Shown here: piece after piece, positions 16,750-26,649 of the stretch | Numbering within the stretch: the first letter of the stretch is position 1 | Layout of the letters: each line of letters begins with the position of its first letter | Notes under the pieces: generated by a model | Seen by the model: the letters and a program-made list of their open reading frames with translations, nothing else | Told to the model about the DNA's origin: nothing | The model's database searches: none | Made by a program: the position numbers and the translations under genes | NCBI GenBank assembly: GCA_012518215.1 | Contig: JAAYSV010000049.1 | Location: forward strand, 61,025-125,024 | Length of the DNA stretch: 64,000 nt | Direction: 5' to 3' | Source: Bacillota bacterium | GTDB lineage: Bacteria; Bacillota; Dethiobacteria; DTU022; PWGO01

Positions 16750-17046
16750 TCATCTTCGCACGTTGAGGTGGATCCATATTCCCCCCGCCGGGATGATACC
16801 CAAAGCATAAATGTAAAAAAGAATATGGCGGATTGTCGGTAGAAGGTAGATCAGAAGTGCTGCCGGAAAGGAAAGGACACCGACAAAAATCAAGACAATC
16901 CCTGCAAACCTTGATTTTCCTGTTGCTTCCTGCTTTTTTTGGGGAGAAAGTTGCCCGCCTTCGTGATCGGAAAACATCTTGTATCTGATCAAAATACCGG
17001 TCAGCAACACCTGTACGCCGATGACTAGAATAATGATGATCTCCAA
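16750..17046 (-). CDS. Hypothetical small membrane protein (about 98 aa)
   Basis: Trimmed from track ORF 16750..17259, which overlaps rluB. The TTG at 17046 has GGAGGA 8 nt upstream. The product has three hydrophobic segments. Confidence 0.45.
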   Translation of the reverse strand: MEIIIILVIGVQVLLTGILIRYKMFSDHEGGQLSPQKKQEATGKSRFAGIVLIFVGVLSFPAALLIYLLPTIRHILFYIYALGIIPAGGIWIHLNVRR

Positions 17047-17081
17047 AAGTACAATTCCTCCCCTGGCCAGGAACGGGCAAT

Positions 17082-17813
17082 TCAGGGTAGCATCTCGAGG
17101 CCCACCAGTTCGCGAAGTCTGGCAACCTCGCCAGCATCGAGGTGCCGGTAACTGCCCGGTGGCAATTTCCCCGTTCCCAGGAATGCAAAACAGGTTCTTT
17201 CCAGGCGGATGACCGGATGAGCAATGGCAAGGCACATCCTTTTCACCTGCCGTTTCCACCCCTGTACAAGTGTCAGGTCAAAAATACTGCAGTTGGAACC
17301 TCTATCCAGCCGCACTCTGCTGACCTCTGCCGGCGCAGTCCGCCCTTCCTCCAGCATTATCCCTCTGCGCAAGCTTCTCCGATCTGCACGGGACAGTATA
17401 CCCCTGACCTTCACCCGGTAGGTTTTCTTTACACCATAACGAGGATGAGCCAGTCGATGGGCAAGTTCTCCGTCATTGGTGAAAAGCAGTACCCCACTTA
17501 CATCCCGATCGAGCCTTCCGACAGGGTAAACCCTCACCTTCAAGCCATCCAGCAACTCATTGACCGTGGGCCTGCCCCGCGGGTCATTCATCGTCGTCAG
17601 GTAACCGGGCGGTTTGTGCAGCAAAACATAGGTGAAAGACCGGGGTAGCTTGACCTTGCGACCCCGAACAAGTACATTGTCGTCCGGGGAAACGAGGGTC
17701 TGCGGAATGACCACGGTCTGGCCATTTACCTTGACCAGCCCCTCGCGGATCATTACCTCCGCGCGGCGCCGGGATGCTACTCCGGCGGCAGCCAGATATT
17801 TTGCCAGCCTCAA
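17082..17813 (-). CDS. rluB: Pseudouridine synthase, RsuA/RluB family
   Basis: Has an S4 domain N-terminus (MRLAKYLAAAGVASRRRAEVMI) and the catalytic motif GRLDRDVSGVLL. Confidence 0.85.
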   Translation of the reverse strand: MRLAKYLAAAGVASRRRAEVMIREGLVKVNGQTVVIPQTLVSPDDNVLVRGRKVKLPRSFTYVLLHKPPGYLTTMNDPRGRPTVNELLDGLKVRVYPVGRLDRDVSGVLLFTNDGELAHRLAHPRYGVKKTYRVKVRGILSRADRRSLRRGIMLEEGRTAPAEVSRVRLDRGSNCSIFDLTLVQGWKRQVKRMCLAIAHPVIRLERTCFAFLGTGKLPPGSYRHLDAGEVARLRELVGLEMLP

Positions 17814-17933
17814 TGTGGACAGCCTCCTTGCCGACGATCAAAACATTATCATCATTTTATCACAATTGAATACCATCGACACAAACAGGGATACAGATCA
17901 AAAAAGGGAGGCCTCCCCGGCATGCTCTCCTGC

Positions 17934-18473
17934 TCAGGAAAAGAAAATTTTGCATACGATGATGGAAGCGATGAAACCGCCCAGGTCCCCCAGCAACCCT
18001 GCGGCAAGGGCATGGCGGGAACGGCTGATGCCCACGGCACCGAAATAGACGGTCAGCACAAAGAGGGTAGTGTCGGTGCTGCCCTGCATGGTGGAAGCAA
18101 GTCGCCCCAGAAACGAATCAGGCCCGTGTATCTGCAGTATCTCGGTGGTCACCGCCAGAGCCCCGCTACCGGAGACGGGGCGCATCAGCATCAGGGGGAT
18201 GATATCAACCGGTATGTTCAGAATATTCAGCAATGGGGCAAGAAGGCGAGCCAGCAGATCCATCGCCCCGGAATCACGCAACAACCCGATGGCTACCAAC
18301 ATACCAACCAGGTAAGGTACAAGGCGGATAGCCATGGGAAAACCTTCCTTGGCCCCCTCGATGAATACTTCAAAAAGATTGATACGGCGCCCGAGGCCAT
18401 AACAGAATGTTAGAATCAAAAACGCCGGTATGATCCAGGCCGAAACCAATTCAATCGTCTTGAAAAACATCAC
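17934..18473 (-). CDS. spmB: Spore maturation protein B
   Basis: 179-aa hydrophobic ORF. The order dacB-spmA-spmB matches B. subtilis. Confidence 0.75.
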   Translation of the reverse strand: MMFFKTIELVSAWIIPAFLILTFCYGLGRRINLFEVFIEGAKEGFPMAIRLVPYLVGMLVAIGLLRDSGAMDLLARLLAPLLNILNIPVDIIPLMLMRPVSGSGALAVTTEILQIHGPDSFLGRLASTMQGSTDTTLFVLTVYFGAVGISRSRHALAAGLLGDLGGFIASIIVCKIFFS

Positions 18474-19054
18474 TTCCGGTCCCTTCGTCGTCTGAGAAGA
18501 CGGTCAAAAAAGAGGGCCACTGTAACGGAACAGAAGGTAGCAATAATGGTAGTCCCCACGATTTCCGTGGGGTTGGCAGAACCGTTGGCTACCCTCAAAG
18601 CGATTATTGTTGAAGGCAGGATGGTAAGACTGGAGGTATTGATGGCCAGAAAAGTGCACATCTCGTCCGATGCCCTGGCGGGATGTTCGTTAAGTTTCTG
18701 CATTTCTTCCATAGCCTTGATTCCGAATGGGGTAGCAGCATTGCCCATCCCCAGCAGGTTGGCACTCATGTTCATCAAAATAGCATTCATGGCCGGGTGT
18801 TCATGCGGCAAGCGGGGGAACAGAAACAAAGCCAGTGGCCGCAGAAAAGATTTGACCGCATCGATAAGGCCGGACTTTTCAACTATTTTCATTATCCCCA
18901 ACCAGAAAGTCATTACACTCACGAGCAGGATGGCCACCGCCACCGCGTTTTCAGCGGACTTGAACAGACTGGCGGTAATGATATCGATCCGCCCGTTGAT
19001 ACCGGCAACGATGATCGCCAGGCAGATCATCGCCACCCAGAGGTAGTTGACCAT
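18470..19054 (-). CDS. spmA: Spore maturation protein A (nucleoside-recognition domain membrane protein)
   Basis: 194-aa hydrophobic ORF with a 4-nt overlap with spmB. It lies directly downstream of dacB. Confidence 0.75.
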   Translation of the reverse strand: MVNYLWVAMICLAIIVAGINGRIDIITASLFKSAENAVAVAILLVSVMTFWLGIMKIVEKSGLIDAVKSFLRPLALFLFPRLPHEHPAMNAILMNMSANLLGMGNAATPFGIKAMEEMQKLNEHPARASDEMCTFLAINTSSLTILPSTIIALRVANGSANPTEIVGTTIIATFCSVTVALFFDRLLRRRRDRK

Positions 19055-19073
19055 GCTGTTTCCCTCCGCAACG

Positions 19074-20261
19074 TCAGTGCATTACCTTTTCCCATAGTTC
19101 GAGCAAAGGCCTGTAAAAAGGAGCGCGGCTGACCCCTTCCCCGGCAACCAGGTCGACCGATCCGATAATTTTATCATGAAACATTATTTCCAACGTGCCA
19201 ATCTTCTTTCCCTTTTTCAATGGGGCGCGATACGGTTCCTCAAGGCAAAATCTATATCTTACTTCCGGAAGTTCGCCAGCCGCGAGCGGGTAATAAAAGC
19301 TGGCTCCCGCGGCCACCGCAGCTTGCTCCTGCAATCCCTTATCAACCTGTACCGTCTTGATGACCTGTCCGGCAGCAATCAGGAGTTCCACCTTGTAGGC
19401 AGCAAAACCGTAATCTAGCAGGAGGCTGGCATCTTCCCACATATCAGGGGCATCAAGAACAACCACGATAAGGCGCTGTCCCTCACGGAAAGCGGAACCG
19501 ACAAAACATCTTCCCGCCGGGGTAGTCCAACCTGTTTTGACCCCATCTGCACCGTCATAAAGTTGCAACAGCCGATTCTGATTGTGCAAAATACGGTCCC
19601 ATTCATGTTCCGGCCAGGTTATGATGGCCCGCGGGGCAACCACTATGCGGCGGAAAATTTCATTTTTCATCGCATATGAGGATATCAGGGCCAGATCGTA
19701 AGCCGTGGAACGATGCTTTTTGTGGTGGAGTCCGTGAGGGTTTTCAAAAAAAGTCTTCTCCGCGCCTATCTCACGGGCCTTCTCGTTCATGAGTGCCACG
19801 AACTCTTCCACGCTGCCGCCAATATGTTCGGCAATAGCTATCGCCGCATCATTTCCCGAACGCAGCATCAGCCCGTACAGCAATTCCTCGAGAGTCTTTT
19901 TCTCCCCGCTTTCCAACCAGATGGAAGATCCGCCTGTCGAAGCTGCCCTTTCGCTGACGACGACGACCTCTTTCAATCTTCCTTTTTCGATGGCGATGAT
20001 GGCCGTCATGATTTTTGTGGTACTGGCGATATATCTCTGCTGGTTCATTCCCTTGCTGTACAGTATGCGGCCAGTTCGGTGATCCATCACCACCGCCGAT
20101 GCGGCAGACACGGCAGGTTTTTGCATTGTCTCCCCTACATCGTTTTCCTGTCCGGTAGCAACGCCAGAAAGAGAAAACATCAGGAACAGGAGAATCAAGA
20201 TAACGCCGCTTCTGCCTGCCATTCTTTTCTTTGCAGGATCCCCCCGATCGATAAAGGACAC
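19074..20261 (-). CDS. dacB: D-alanyl-D-alanine carboxypeptidase (PBP5* type)
   Basis: Has a signal peptide and the motifs SxxK (ASTTKIM), SGN (RSGND) and KTG (KTGWT). The GTG start has AAGGGGG 7 nt upstream. Confidence 0.85.
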   Translation of the reverse strand: MSFIDRGDPAKKRMAGRSGVILILLFLMFSLSGVATGQENDVGETMQKPAVSAASAVVMDHRTGRILYSKGMNQQRYIASTTKIMTAIIAIEKGRLKEVVVVSERAASTGGSSIWLESGEKKTLEELLYGLMLRSGNDAAIAIAEHIGGSVEEFVALMNEKAREIGAEKTFFENPHGLHHKKHRSTAYDLALISSYAMKNEIFRRIVVAPRAIITWPEHEWDRILHNQNRLLQLYDGADGVKTGWTTPAGRCFVGSAFREGQRLIVVVLDAPDMWEDASLLLDYGFAAYKVELLIAAGQVIKTVQVDKGLQEQAAVAAGASFYYPLAAGELPEVRYRFCLEEPYRAPLKKGKKIGTLEIMFHDKIIGSVDLVAGEGVSRAPFYRPLLELWEKVMH

Positions 20262-20591
20262 GGATAAGCCCCCTTGTTTTAACCCTCTACCCGGATCAAT
20301 GATAATTATTATTCGGTGAAAATATCATTTATGATTATTTTGGGGACTTCTGCTGGTTGTTATACAATCGGCGTGGTCATATCCTTTCCCCGGTGCTGCC
20401 GGGGTACCCCGGCTCTCCCGATCAATCGAAGATGGGGAAATAACCCGCATGGAAATGGGCCGGATAATAACTTCCCTGTCCGCGGACAAAAAAGAATTCT
20501 GGCATCCAGGCCCGGGTAGGCCGGGGCGGGGAAAAGATCAACCTTGATATGGCGATGGGGCCGAGTCGGGTTGTGTGGAACCTCTTGAAAA

Positions 20592-21110
20592 TCAATGACC
20601 TTCCTTGCGCAGGGGAGGCAGTTCATCCAAATTTTTCAATCCAAAGTATTTGAGGAATTCGGGGGTTGTGGAATAAAGCATGGGTTTGCCGGGAGTGTCC
20701 TTGCGCCCGCTCACCTCGATCAGCCTTCTGCGTGCAAGGTTGTCAAGAACGCCATCGGAATTTACCCCGCGTATAGCTTCTATCTCCAGACGGGTAACCG
20801 GCTGCTTGTAGGCGATGATCGCAAGCGCTTCCAGCGCGGCAATGGTAAGGTTGCCTAGCGTCTCCTTGTAAAACATTTTTTCCAGAAAGGGAGCCACATC
20901 GGGCTTGGTACCAAGCTGATATCCCCCATCGATGTTCACTACTTGCAGACCGCGATGGGCGCTGTGAAAATCTCGATCCAGCTCCGCCATCAGTACAGAA
21001 GCTTCTTCCACCGAAACGTCCAGTATGGAAGCAATCTCTTTCAGTTTCAGTGGTTCCTCCCGGACAAAAAGCAAAGCCTCTATGACCGCTATCTTATGAA
21101 CATTCTCCAT
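20592..21110 (-). CDS. scpB: Segregation and condensation protein B
   Basis: 172-aa ORF with tandem winged-helix pattern (IEALLFV...PL, GGYQL.T, IAYKQPVTR.EIE.IRGV). Confidence 0.85.
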   Translation of the reverse strand: MENVHKIAVIEALLFVREEPLKLKEIASILDVSVEEASVLMAELDRDFHSAHRGLQVVNIDGGYQLGTKPDVAPFLEKMFYKETLGNLTIAALEALAIIAYKQPVTRLEIEAIRGVNSDGVLDNLARRRLIEVSGRKDTPGKPMLYSTTPEFLKYFGLKNLDELPPLRKEGH

Positions 21111-21114
21111 TTGT

Positions 21115-21876
21115 TTAAGTCCTCTCCTTGCCGTTCTCCCGGTAAAGCTCGATCAGGACCGGGCCGAAATTCCTCTGCTGCCACAATCTGATTTCCCGCC
21201 GGTGGGCGAGTTCAAGAACGGCCATGAAAGTAACAATTATTTCCCTTATCCTGCCTGTATTGAAAAGGGTTTCCAGATAGACAGCTTCCCTTTTCTGTTT
21301 CAGTTCATGCATGATATTCTTGATCCTGTCCTTGATCAGGTATTCATCAACCAGGGAAATTGACGGTCTTGACTTCTCCCTCTGAAGCCTGGCCTTTTTT
21401 CTTTCCAGGGCATTGAACAACACCGCTGCCAGATCTTCATGGAAAAGAAAAGAATCCTGCCTCGTGATATAGAGTACCCTGGCCCGGCCGGTAGAGCGAA
21501 AATAGATCTTCTGCTGTTCCTCCTCCCGATCACGTAGAAAACGGACAGGATCCTTGAACTCACGGTATTCCAACACCCGCCGGATCAGTTCCTCGCTGCT
21601 GTTGATGGAAAGGACAGCGTCTTCTTCTTCCTCCGCAAGGCCATGCCTGGCGGGAAGGAGCAGCTTTGACTTCAATCTGAGCAGAGTCGCCGCCATGACC
21701 AGGAAATCGCTGGCGATCTCTAGGTTGAATTCTTCCATCAGCCTTATATAGTCCAGATATTGCGCGGTGATCTCGGCTATGGAGACGGACCAGATATCGA
21801 TCTCCTGTTTTTTGATGAGATGATAGAGAAGATCAAATGGGCCTTCGAAAACGGGCAAATTGATTATGTACCCCAA
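21115..21876 (-). CDS. scpA: Segregation and condensation protein A
   Basis: Carries the kleisin N-terminus FEGPFDLLYHLIKKQEIDIW. The start is trimmed to TTG 21876 (AGGAG 9 nt upstream) because the track start at 22026 overlaps trpS by 110 nt. Confidence 0.8.
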   Translation of the reverse strand: MGYIINLPVFEGPFDLLYHLIKKQEIDIWSVSIAEITAQYLDYIRLMEEFNLEIASDFLVMAATLLRLKSKLLLPARHGLAEEEEDAVLSINSSEELIRRVLEYREFKDPVRFLRDREEEQQKIYFRSTGRARVLYITRQDSFLFHEDLAAVLFNALERKKARLQREKSRPSISLVDEYLIKDRIKNIMHELKQKREAVYLETLFNTGRIREIIVTFMAVLELAHRREIRLWQQRNFGPVLIELYRENGKERT

Positions 21877-21916
21877 ATAGACCAGCTCCTGTCTTTGATG
21901 CTCTGTTGCGTCGATC

Positions 21917-22900
21917 CTAGATCCCCATCGCCTCACGCACCTCTTCGATGGTAGCCCCGGCCACGCGCCGGGCCGTCTGGGCTCCGTGTTCAAGCACCTT
22001 TTCCAGATAGGCAGGCCATCCTTCAAGTTCCCGCCTCTTCTCGTAGATCGGTTCCAGGAAAGAAATCAGTTTTCGGGATAGCCGTTCCTTGCATTCCACA
22101 CACCCTATCCTGGCGGTACGGCAATTTTCCGCAATCCGTTCGATGTTTTCACCATCGAACGCCCGGTGAAACGTATACACGGGGCAAATTTCCGGGTTTC
22201 CGGGATCATTTCGCCGCGCCCTTCCCGGGTCAGTCAACATCATGCTCACTTTTCTGGAAATCTCCTCCGGTTCCTCTGTCAGCCGGATATAATTGTCATA
22301 GCTCTTGCTCATTTTTCGACCATCGACACCCGGTATCAGTGGGTAATGATTCAACCTGGTAGCAGGTTCGGGAAAGATAGGCTGGTAGAGGTGATTGAAA
22401 CGGCGGGCCACCTCCCGGGTAAATTCCACATGGGGAGCCTGATCCTCGCCTACCGGCACGGCGTCCGCCTTGTAAATCAGAATATCGGCTGCCTGAAGCA
22501 AGGGATAACCTAGAAATCCGTGTGTATGGAGCTCCCTGCCCTCGATCTGCCGGAGTGCTTCCTTGAATGTCGGGCACCTTTCCAGCCAGGAAATGGGCGT
22601 GAACATGGAAAATAGAAGATGGAGCTCGGCATGTTCCTTTACATCCGATTGGCGGAAGATGACGGCACGGTCGGGATCCAGACCTGCACTGAGCCAATCC
22701 AGTACCATCTCCCTGATATTTTCCTTTATCCGGGATGAGTGTTCGTATTCCGTGGTCAGCGCATGCCAATCGGCAATGAAGAAATAACAACGATATTCAT
22801 CCTGCAATTTGACCCAATTTTGCAGCGCGCCCAGATAATTCCCCAGATGCAAATATCCACTGGGGCGCATCCCGCTAAGCATCACTTTTTTGGAAGCCAT
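21917..22900 (-). CDS. trpS: Tryptophan--tRNA ligase
   Basis: Class I motifs are present: HLGNYLGA (HIGH-like) and KMSKS. ATG 22900 has GAGGTG 9 nt upstream. Confidence 0.9.
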   Translation of the reverse strand: MASKKVMLSGMRPSGYLHLGNYLGALQNWVKLQDEYRCYFFIADWHALTTEYEHSSRIKENIREMVLDWLSAGLDPDRAVIFRQSDVKEHAELHLLFSMFTPISWLERCPTFKEALRQIEGRELHTHGFLGYPLLQAADILIYKADAVPVGEDQAPHVEFTREVARRFNHLYQPIFPEPATRLNHYPLIPGVDGRKMSKSYDNYIRLTEEPEEISRKVSMMLTDPGRARRNDPGNPEICPVYTFHRAFDGENIERIAENCRTARIGCVECKERLSRKLISFLEPIYEKRRELEGWPAYLEKVLEHGAQTARRVAGATIEEVREAMGI

Positions 22901-22987
22901 AAACAATCACACCTCGGTCCTTATTTTATCTACATGGAAAAACCGTTCAATGCAAACCATACCAAGATTATAACATTTGTTTTCTTT

Positions 22988-23629
22988 CTAGAACAACAGG
23001 AACCTCACGATCTGAAAGCTGATCCGGTCAAAGAGGTTCATCGTCCATTCCGTCAGCGGCCATAATATTTTCCCCAACCCCCCGAAGAGAACCAGAGCTA
23101 TGAGGATAATCCCCGCATACGGTTCTATCCTGCGGTAGAAATTGGCAACGGAACCGGAAGCGATGGAGACAACTATCTTGGAACCATCAAGGGGCGGCAA
23201 GGGCAACAGATTGAAAATGGCAAGGATGATATTCAACTGAATGAATGTTTGCATGAACAGGAGCAGAAGACTGTTGGTCACACCATGGCCAATCAGAAAG
23301 GAAAATATCAGTGTAGCGGCAAAGCCCAGCAACAGATTGGCCAGCGGACCGGCCAGGGAAACCCACAACAGGCCGCGACGTATATCCCGGAACCGCCCGG
23401 GGTTTATGGGAACCGGCCGTGCCCATCCGAAACCGACGATCAGGATCATCAGGGTACCGATGGGATCGAGGTGTGAAACAGGGTTCAGGGTCATCCTTCC
23501 CATGTCTTTTGCCGTCGTATCGCCGAAAGCATAGGCTACGCGGGCATGGGCATATTCATGAAATGTAAGAGCAATCAACAACGACGGTACAATGGCAATC
23601 AGTATTTCAGGATTGGATAATATTCGCAC
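22988..23629 (-). CDS. Site-2 protease (M50) family membrane metalloprotease
   Basis: Has HEYAHA (HExxH) in a TM segment and a downstream LDG motif. The start is set at GTG 23629 (AAGGAG 8 nt upstream). Confidence 0.75.
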   Translation of the reverse strand: MRILSNPEILIAIVPSLLIALTFHEYAHARVAYAFGDTTAKDMGRMTLNPVSHLDPIGTLMILIVGFGWARPVPINPGRFRDIRRGLLWVSLAGPLANLLLGFAATLIFSFLIGHGVTNSLLLLFMQTFIQLNIILAIFNLLPLPPLDGSKIVVSIASGSVANFYRRIEPYAGIILIALVLFGGLGKILWPLTEWTMNLFDRISFQIVRFLLF

Positions 23630-23816
23630 TGGCAAGGCTCCTTTTCTTCTGCGCCGGCATCCAGCAGCCGTTGAATTCCTCCCGCAATTTTATTTCATGG
23701 GCAAAAATATCCCTCTTCTGACAGATGAAAAACCCCAACCTCCTGGGGATACTGTCATATACCCCTTCAGGTTGGCCTGCAAGACCTTGCCAACCCGGGA
23801 AATAAAAGAATACAGG

Positions 23817-26489
23817 TCATCTGCCTCCCCCGTCCCGATCAAGATATGAAAAAACAAAATTCCGCTCTTCTTCCACCGAGCGGACCCGCCCATCCAGAAC
23901 TGCTTCCCTGAGCCCCTTCAAGATTTCACCATAGATAGGGCCGGGCCTGATCCCCATTTCCTTGAGATCCTTGCCTTGCAGTTGTGGAATCACCTTGTGG
24001 AGATGATCCCAATAAAACTGGGGGTAATCCTTTATCCGTTGGTTGGGAGCTGCAGCTCTCAGCAACAGCAATGTCTCCGGTGGCAGTGGATCAAGTACAT
24101 TGAACACTTCACCCGGGCCCGGTGACTCATGGCTCAATTTTTCAATTGCTTCCGGGACAGTGGAAGACAACACCATGGTTTCAATCTTGCTGCGAGAATA
24201 GTGCATGCGGTGCCCCATGAAACGTATCGTCTCCGGAGGGAGATCGTGGTACAATGCAGACAGATATATTATTTCGGGGTCAGGTTCCTTTTCCCACCGC
24301 CTTTTCCCTGCCCAGTTCACGGTCTCCCTGACCTCCTCCAGGAGTTCCCACTTCTGCAAATCCGGTTCCAGGTTGGGAAATATGAAAGAGAACAGGTCGA
24401 AATCTTCCAGCCGTTTCAAGATAGCCGGAGGATCATTCTCGTGGAATATCAACCTGACCTCGGCATTGAGCCGGGTCCTGCTCACTCGCATCAATATACG
24501 TTTTTCCACAGCATTTTCGATGAATTGTCGTGTCTGCTCTTCGATTTCAAAATTGAACCTTTTTTCAAAACGGATCGCGCGTAGTATTCTCAATGGATCG
24601 TCGACAAAACTCAGATGGTAGAGAACTCTTATGACACCATCTTGCAGATCTTGCAATCCGCCAAAATAATCGTATAGCTTGCCGAATGAATTCTTGTTCA
24701 GGGAACAGGCCAGCGTATTGATAGAAAAATCACGCCGGAAAAGGTCATTTTTCAGGCCCGAGGCCTCCACTTCGGGAAGTGCCGCAGGTGTGGGATAGAA
24801 TTCCTTGCGAGCGGTTACCAGATCAATCCTTACCCCATCTTTCATCGTGATTGAAGCCGTGCCAAATGGATCGTGAGTTTGAAGGTGGCCCTTGAGAATA
24901 TCATTTATTTTCCGGGCAAAAGGTATCGCTTCGGGGATGACCACGATATCCAGATCTCCCGGCTTGAAAGAGCCCAGCAGAATATCCCTGACGCTACCGC
25001 CCACCAGATAAACACTGCTCCCCTCCTTCTCTGCGTTCTGGCTTATCAAAAGAAGAAGCCTCTGTATCCCTGGTGAAAGTTTTCGGTTGATATACGAAGT
25101 AAGATCATTCAGCCCCTCTATATTTTTATCTGCCGTGGCTGCTTCCGGGTACTGTTCGACGTTGGCCAACCGTTTGTGAAGATCGACCCGTTCCGCATCC
25201 ATCCTGTAGAGTGAACGCAGGATATCGGTGCGGGTTACCATGCCGCACAATCCGCCTTTCTCGTCCAAAATGGGAATCCGTCCGATATTGTAATCGATCA
25301 TCAGGCGGCGAAGGCTTCTGATCGACTGGTCATGAGCGGCTGTGATTACCTTTTTGCTCATGAAAGCTTTGACCGGGGCATGACCGAGCTTGTGCCGGAT
25401 AGCTTTCTGTAGATCCTTGCGGGAGACAACCCCGGCAAGCTTCCTTTCATTGTCCATTACAGGAAAGCCGCTATGTCCGTATTTTTCAAGCAATTGCATC
25501 ACTTCCCTGACCGAGGTATCTACAGAAACTGTTTTAACGGGGGCAGAAGCGATATTCCGGGCCGTCAACGGTGGGGGCACGTTGAGCCGTAGCAATTCCA
25601 TGAGTTCCCGGCGCGCGCGAAATATTGAATCATACTTCAGCGTCAACGAAGCTGCGCTGGAATGCCCTCCGGCTTTCCAGAAATTCAGGATACCCAACAG
25701 ATTTATATCTTCATTGAAGGAACGCGCCACAACATGTATCTTACCCTCCATCTTGACAAGGCAGAAAGCCGCCTCCACATCCTCCAGCGATGAAAGCCGG
25801 TGAACCAGATCTGCAATTCCCAGGATGTAGCTTTCCGCGGAGGCCCAGCTGAACAATATTTTACGCTGGTTTATGTTGATAAATTCAGTCTGCATGATCA
25901 ATTTTTCCAGAAGGGTCTTCTGGCCGGCAGTGAGCGGCCTCTGCAAAAAACTTTGTATAACATCCAGGTTGATAGTCTGTTTCCAGAGATAAGCCAGGGC
26001 CTCGACATCCCTGGGCGTGGTGGAACTGAAGGTCAGGTAACCGGTGTCCTCGTAGATGCCCATGGCCATGATCGTTGCCTCGAGTTCGGTGATGGGTAAT
26101 TTCCTGTTTCTTATTTCCTCCAGCAACAGCGTGACAGTGGCACCCACGGGTTCAACCACCATCTTGCTTCCAACGAGGTCTTTTTTCCGGTCCGGATGGT
26201 GATCGTAGATGTGCAGATCCGCGCCCCGATCCAGAAACCCTCCGATTTTCCTGTGAAGCCTCGAAGGTCGGCGTGTATCGACCAGTACAACCAGACGATA
26301 ATGGTCGGATAGGAGGTCTGTCTCGATCAAAGGCAGATAATCCCGGTAAAGATTGAGAAATGAACGGACATTGCAATTGATCTGCCCGGGAAGAAGAATC
26401 ACCGCACGGGGGTATATTTTTCGAGCCGCTACTACTGAAGCCAGTGCATCAAAATCAACATGGGCATGAGTAGTAATGAGCGTTCCCAA
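23817..26489 (-). CDS. DHH/DHHA1 phosphoesterase + tandem CBS + CCA-adding/poly(A) polymerase-family nucleotidyltransferase fusion
   Basis: 890-aa ORF. The N-terminus has HAHVDFDALAS and a DHH motif (IYDHHPD). The middle holds two CBS-like repeats. The C-terminal half has GGSVRD...DLD (pol-beta NTase) and RRDFSINT. Confidence 0.8.
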   Translation of the reverse strand: MGTLITTHAHVDFDALASVVAARKIYPRAVILLPGQINCNVRSFLNLYRDYLPLIETDLLSDHYRLVVLVDTRRPSRLHRKIGGFLDRGADLHIYDHHPDRKKDLVGSKMVVEPVGATVTLLLEEIRNRKLPITELEATIMAMGIYEDTGYLTFSSTTPRDVEALAYLWKQTINLDVIQSFLQRPLTAGQKTLLEKLIMQTEFININQRKILFSWASAESYILGIADLVHRLSSLEDVEAAFCLVKMEGKIHVVARSFNEDINLLGILNFWKAGGHSSAASLTLKYDSIFRARRELMELLRLNVPPPLTARNIASAPVKTVSVDTSVREVMQLLEKYGHSGFPVMDNERKLAGVVSRKDLQKAIRHKLGHAPVKAFMSKKVITAAHDQSIRSLRRLMIDYNIGRIPILDEKGGLCGMVTRTDILRSLYRMDAERVDLHKRLANVEQYPEAATADKNIEGLNDLTSYINRKLSPGIQRLLLLISQNAEKEGSSVYLVGGSVRDILLGSFKPGDLDIVVIPEAIPFARKINDILKGHLQTHDPFGTASITMKDGVRIDLVTARKEFYPTPAALPEVEASGLKNDLFRRDFSINTLACSLNKNSFGKLYDYFGGLQDLQDGVIRVLYHLSFVDDPLRILRAIRFEKRFNFEIEEQTRQFIENAVEKRILMRVSRTRLNAEVRLIFHENDPPAILKRLEDFDLFSFIFPNLEPDLQKWELLEEVRETVNWAGKRRWEKEPDPEIIYLSALYHDLPPETIRFMGHRMHYSRSKIETMVLSSTVPEAIEKLSHESPGPGEVFNVLDPLPPETLLLLRAAAPNQRIKDYPQFYWDHLHKVIPQLQGKDLKEMGIRPGPIYGEILKGLREAVLDGRVRSVEEERNFVFSYLDRDGGGR

Positions 26490-26580
26490 TATATTACCTC
26501 CATAAATTAACTTTTTCTATTATAGCATAAATTAAGTGGAGATAAGAAAAGGATGAGATTTTTAAGACTCTGCAACATCT

Positions 26581-26610
26581 TTGAACAGCAGGGGCAGTAA
26601 ATGGTAAAAT
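26581..26610 (+). promoter_or_regulatory. Sigma-A-type promoter
   Basis: TTGAAC, 18 nt spacer, TAAAAT, lying upstream of the DUF3048 gene. Confidence 0.4.
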
Positions 26611-26649
26611 TAGATATCATTCCAATACATGATGAAAGGGGATAATCTC

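Noticed and set aside
16706-17259. 169- and 174-aa minus-strand ORFs overlapping the rluB 3' end
   Set aside because: The parts upstream of 17046 overlap rluB in other frames and look non-protein-like. Only the hydrophobic C-terminal ~98 codons, which have their own SD, were kept.
22901-22987. T-box leader upstream of trpS (checked likewise upstream of alaS, 47025-47219)
   Set aside because: The trpS gap is only about 85 nt and has no T-box sequence. The alaS leader starts about 20 nt from a consensus promoter, and there is no specifier or T-box motif.
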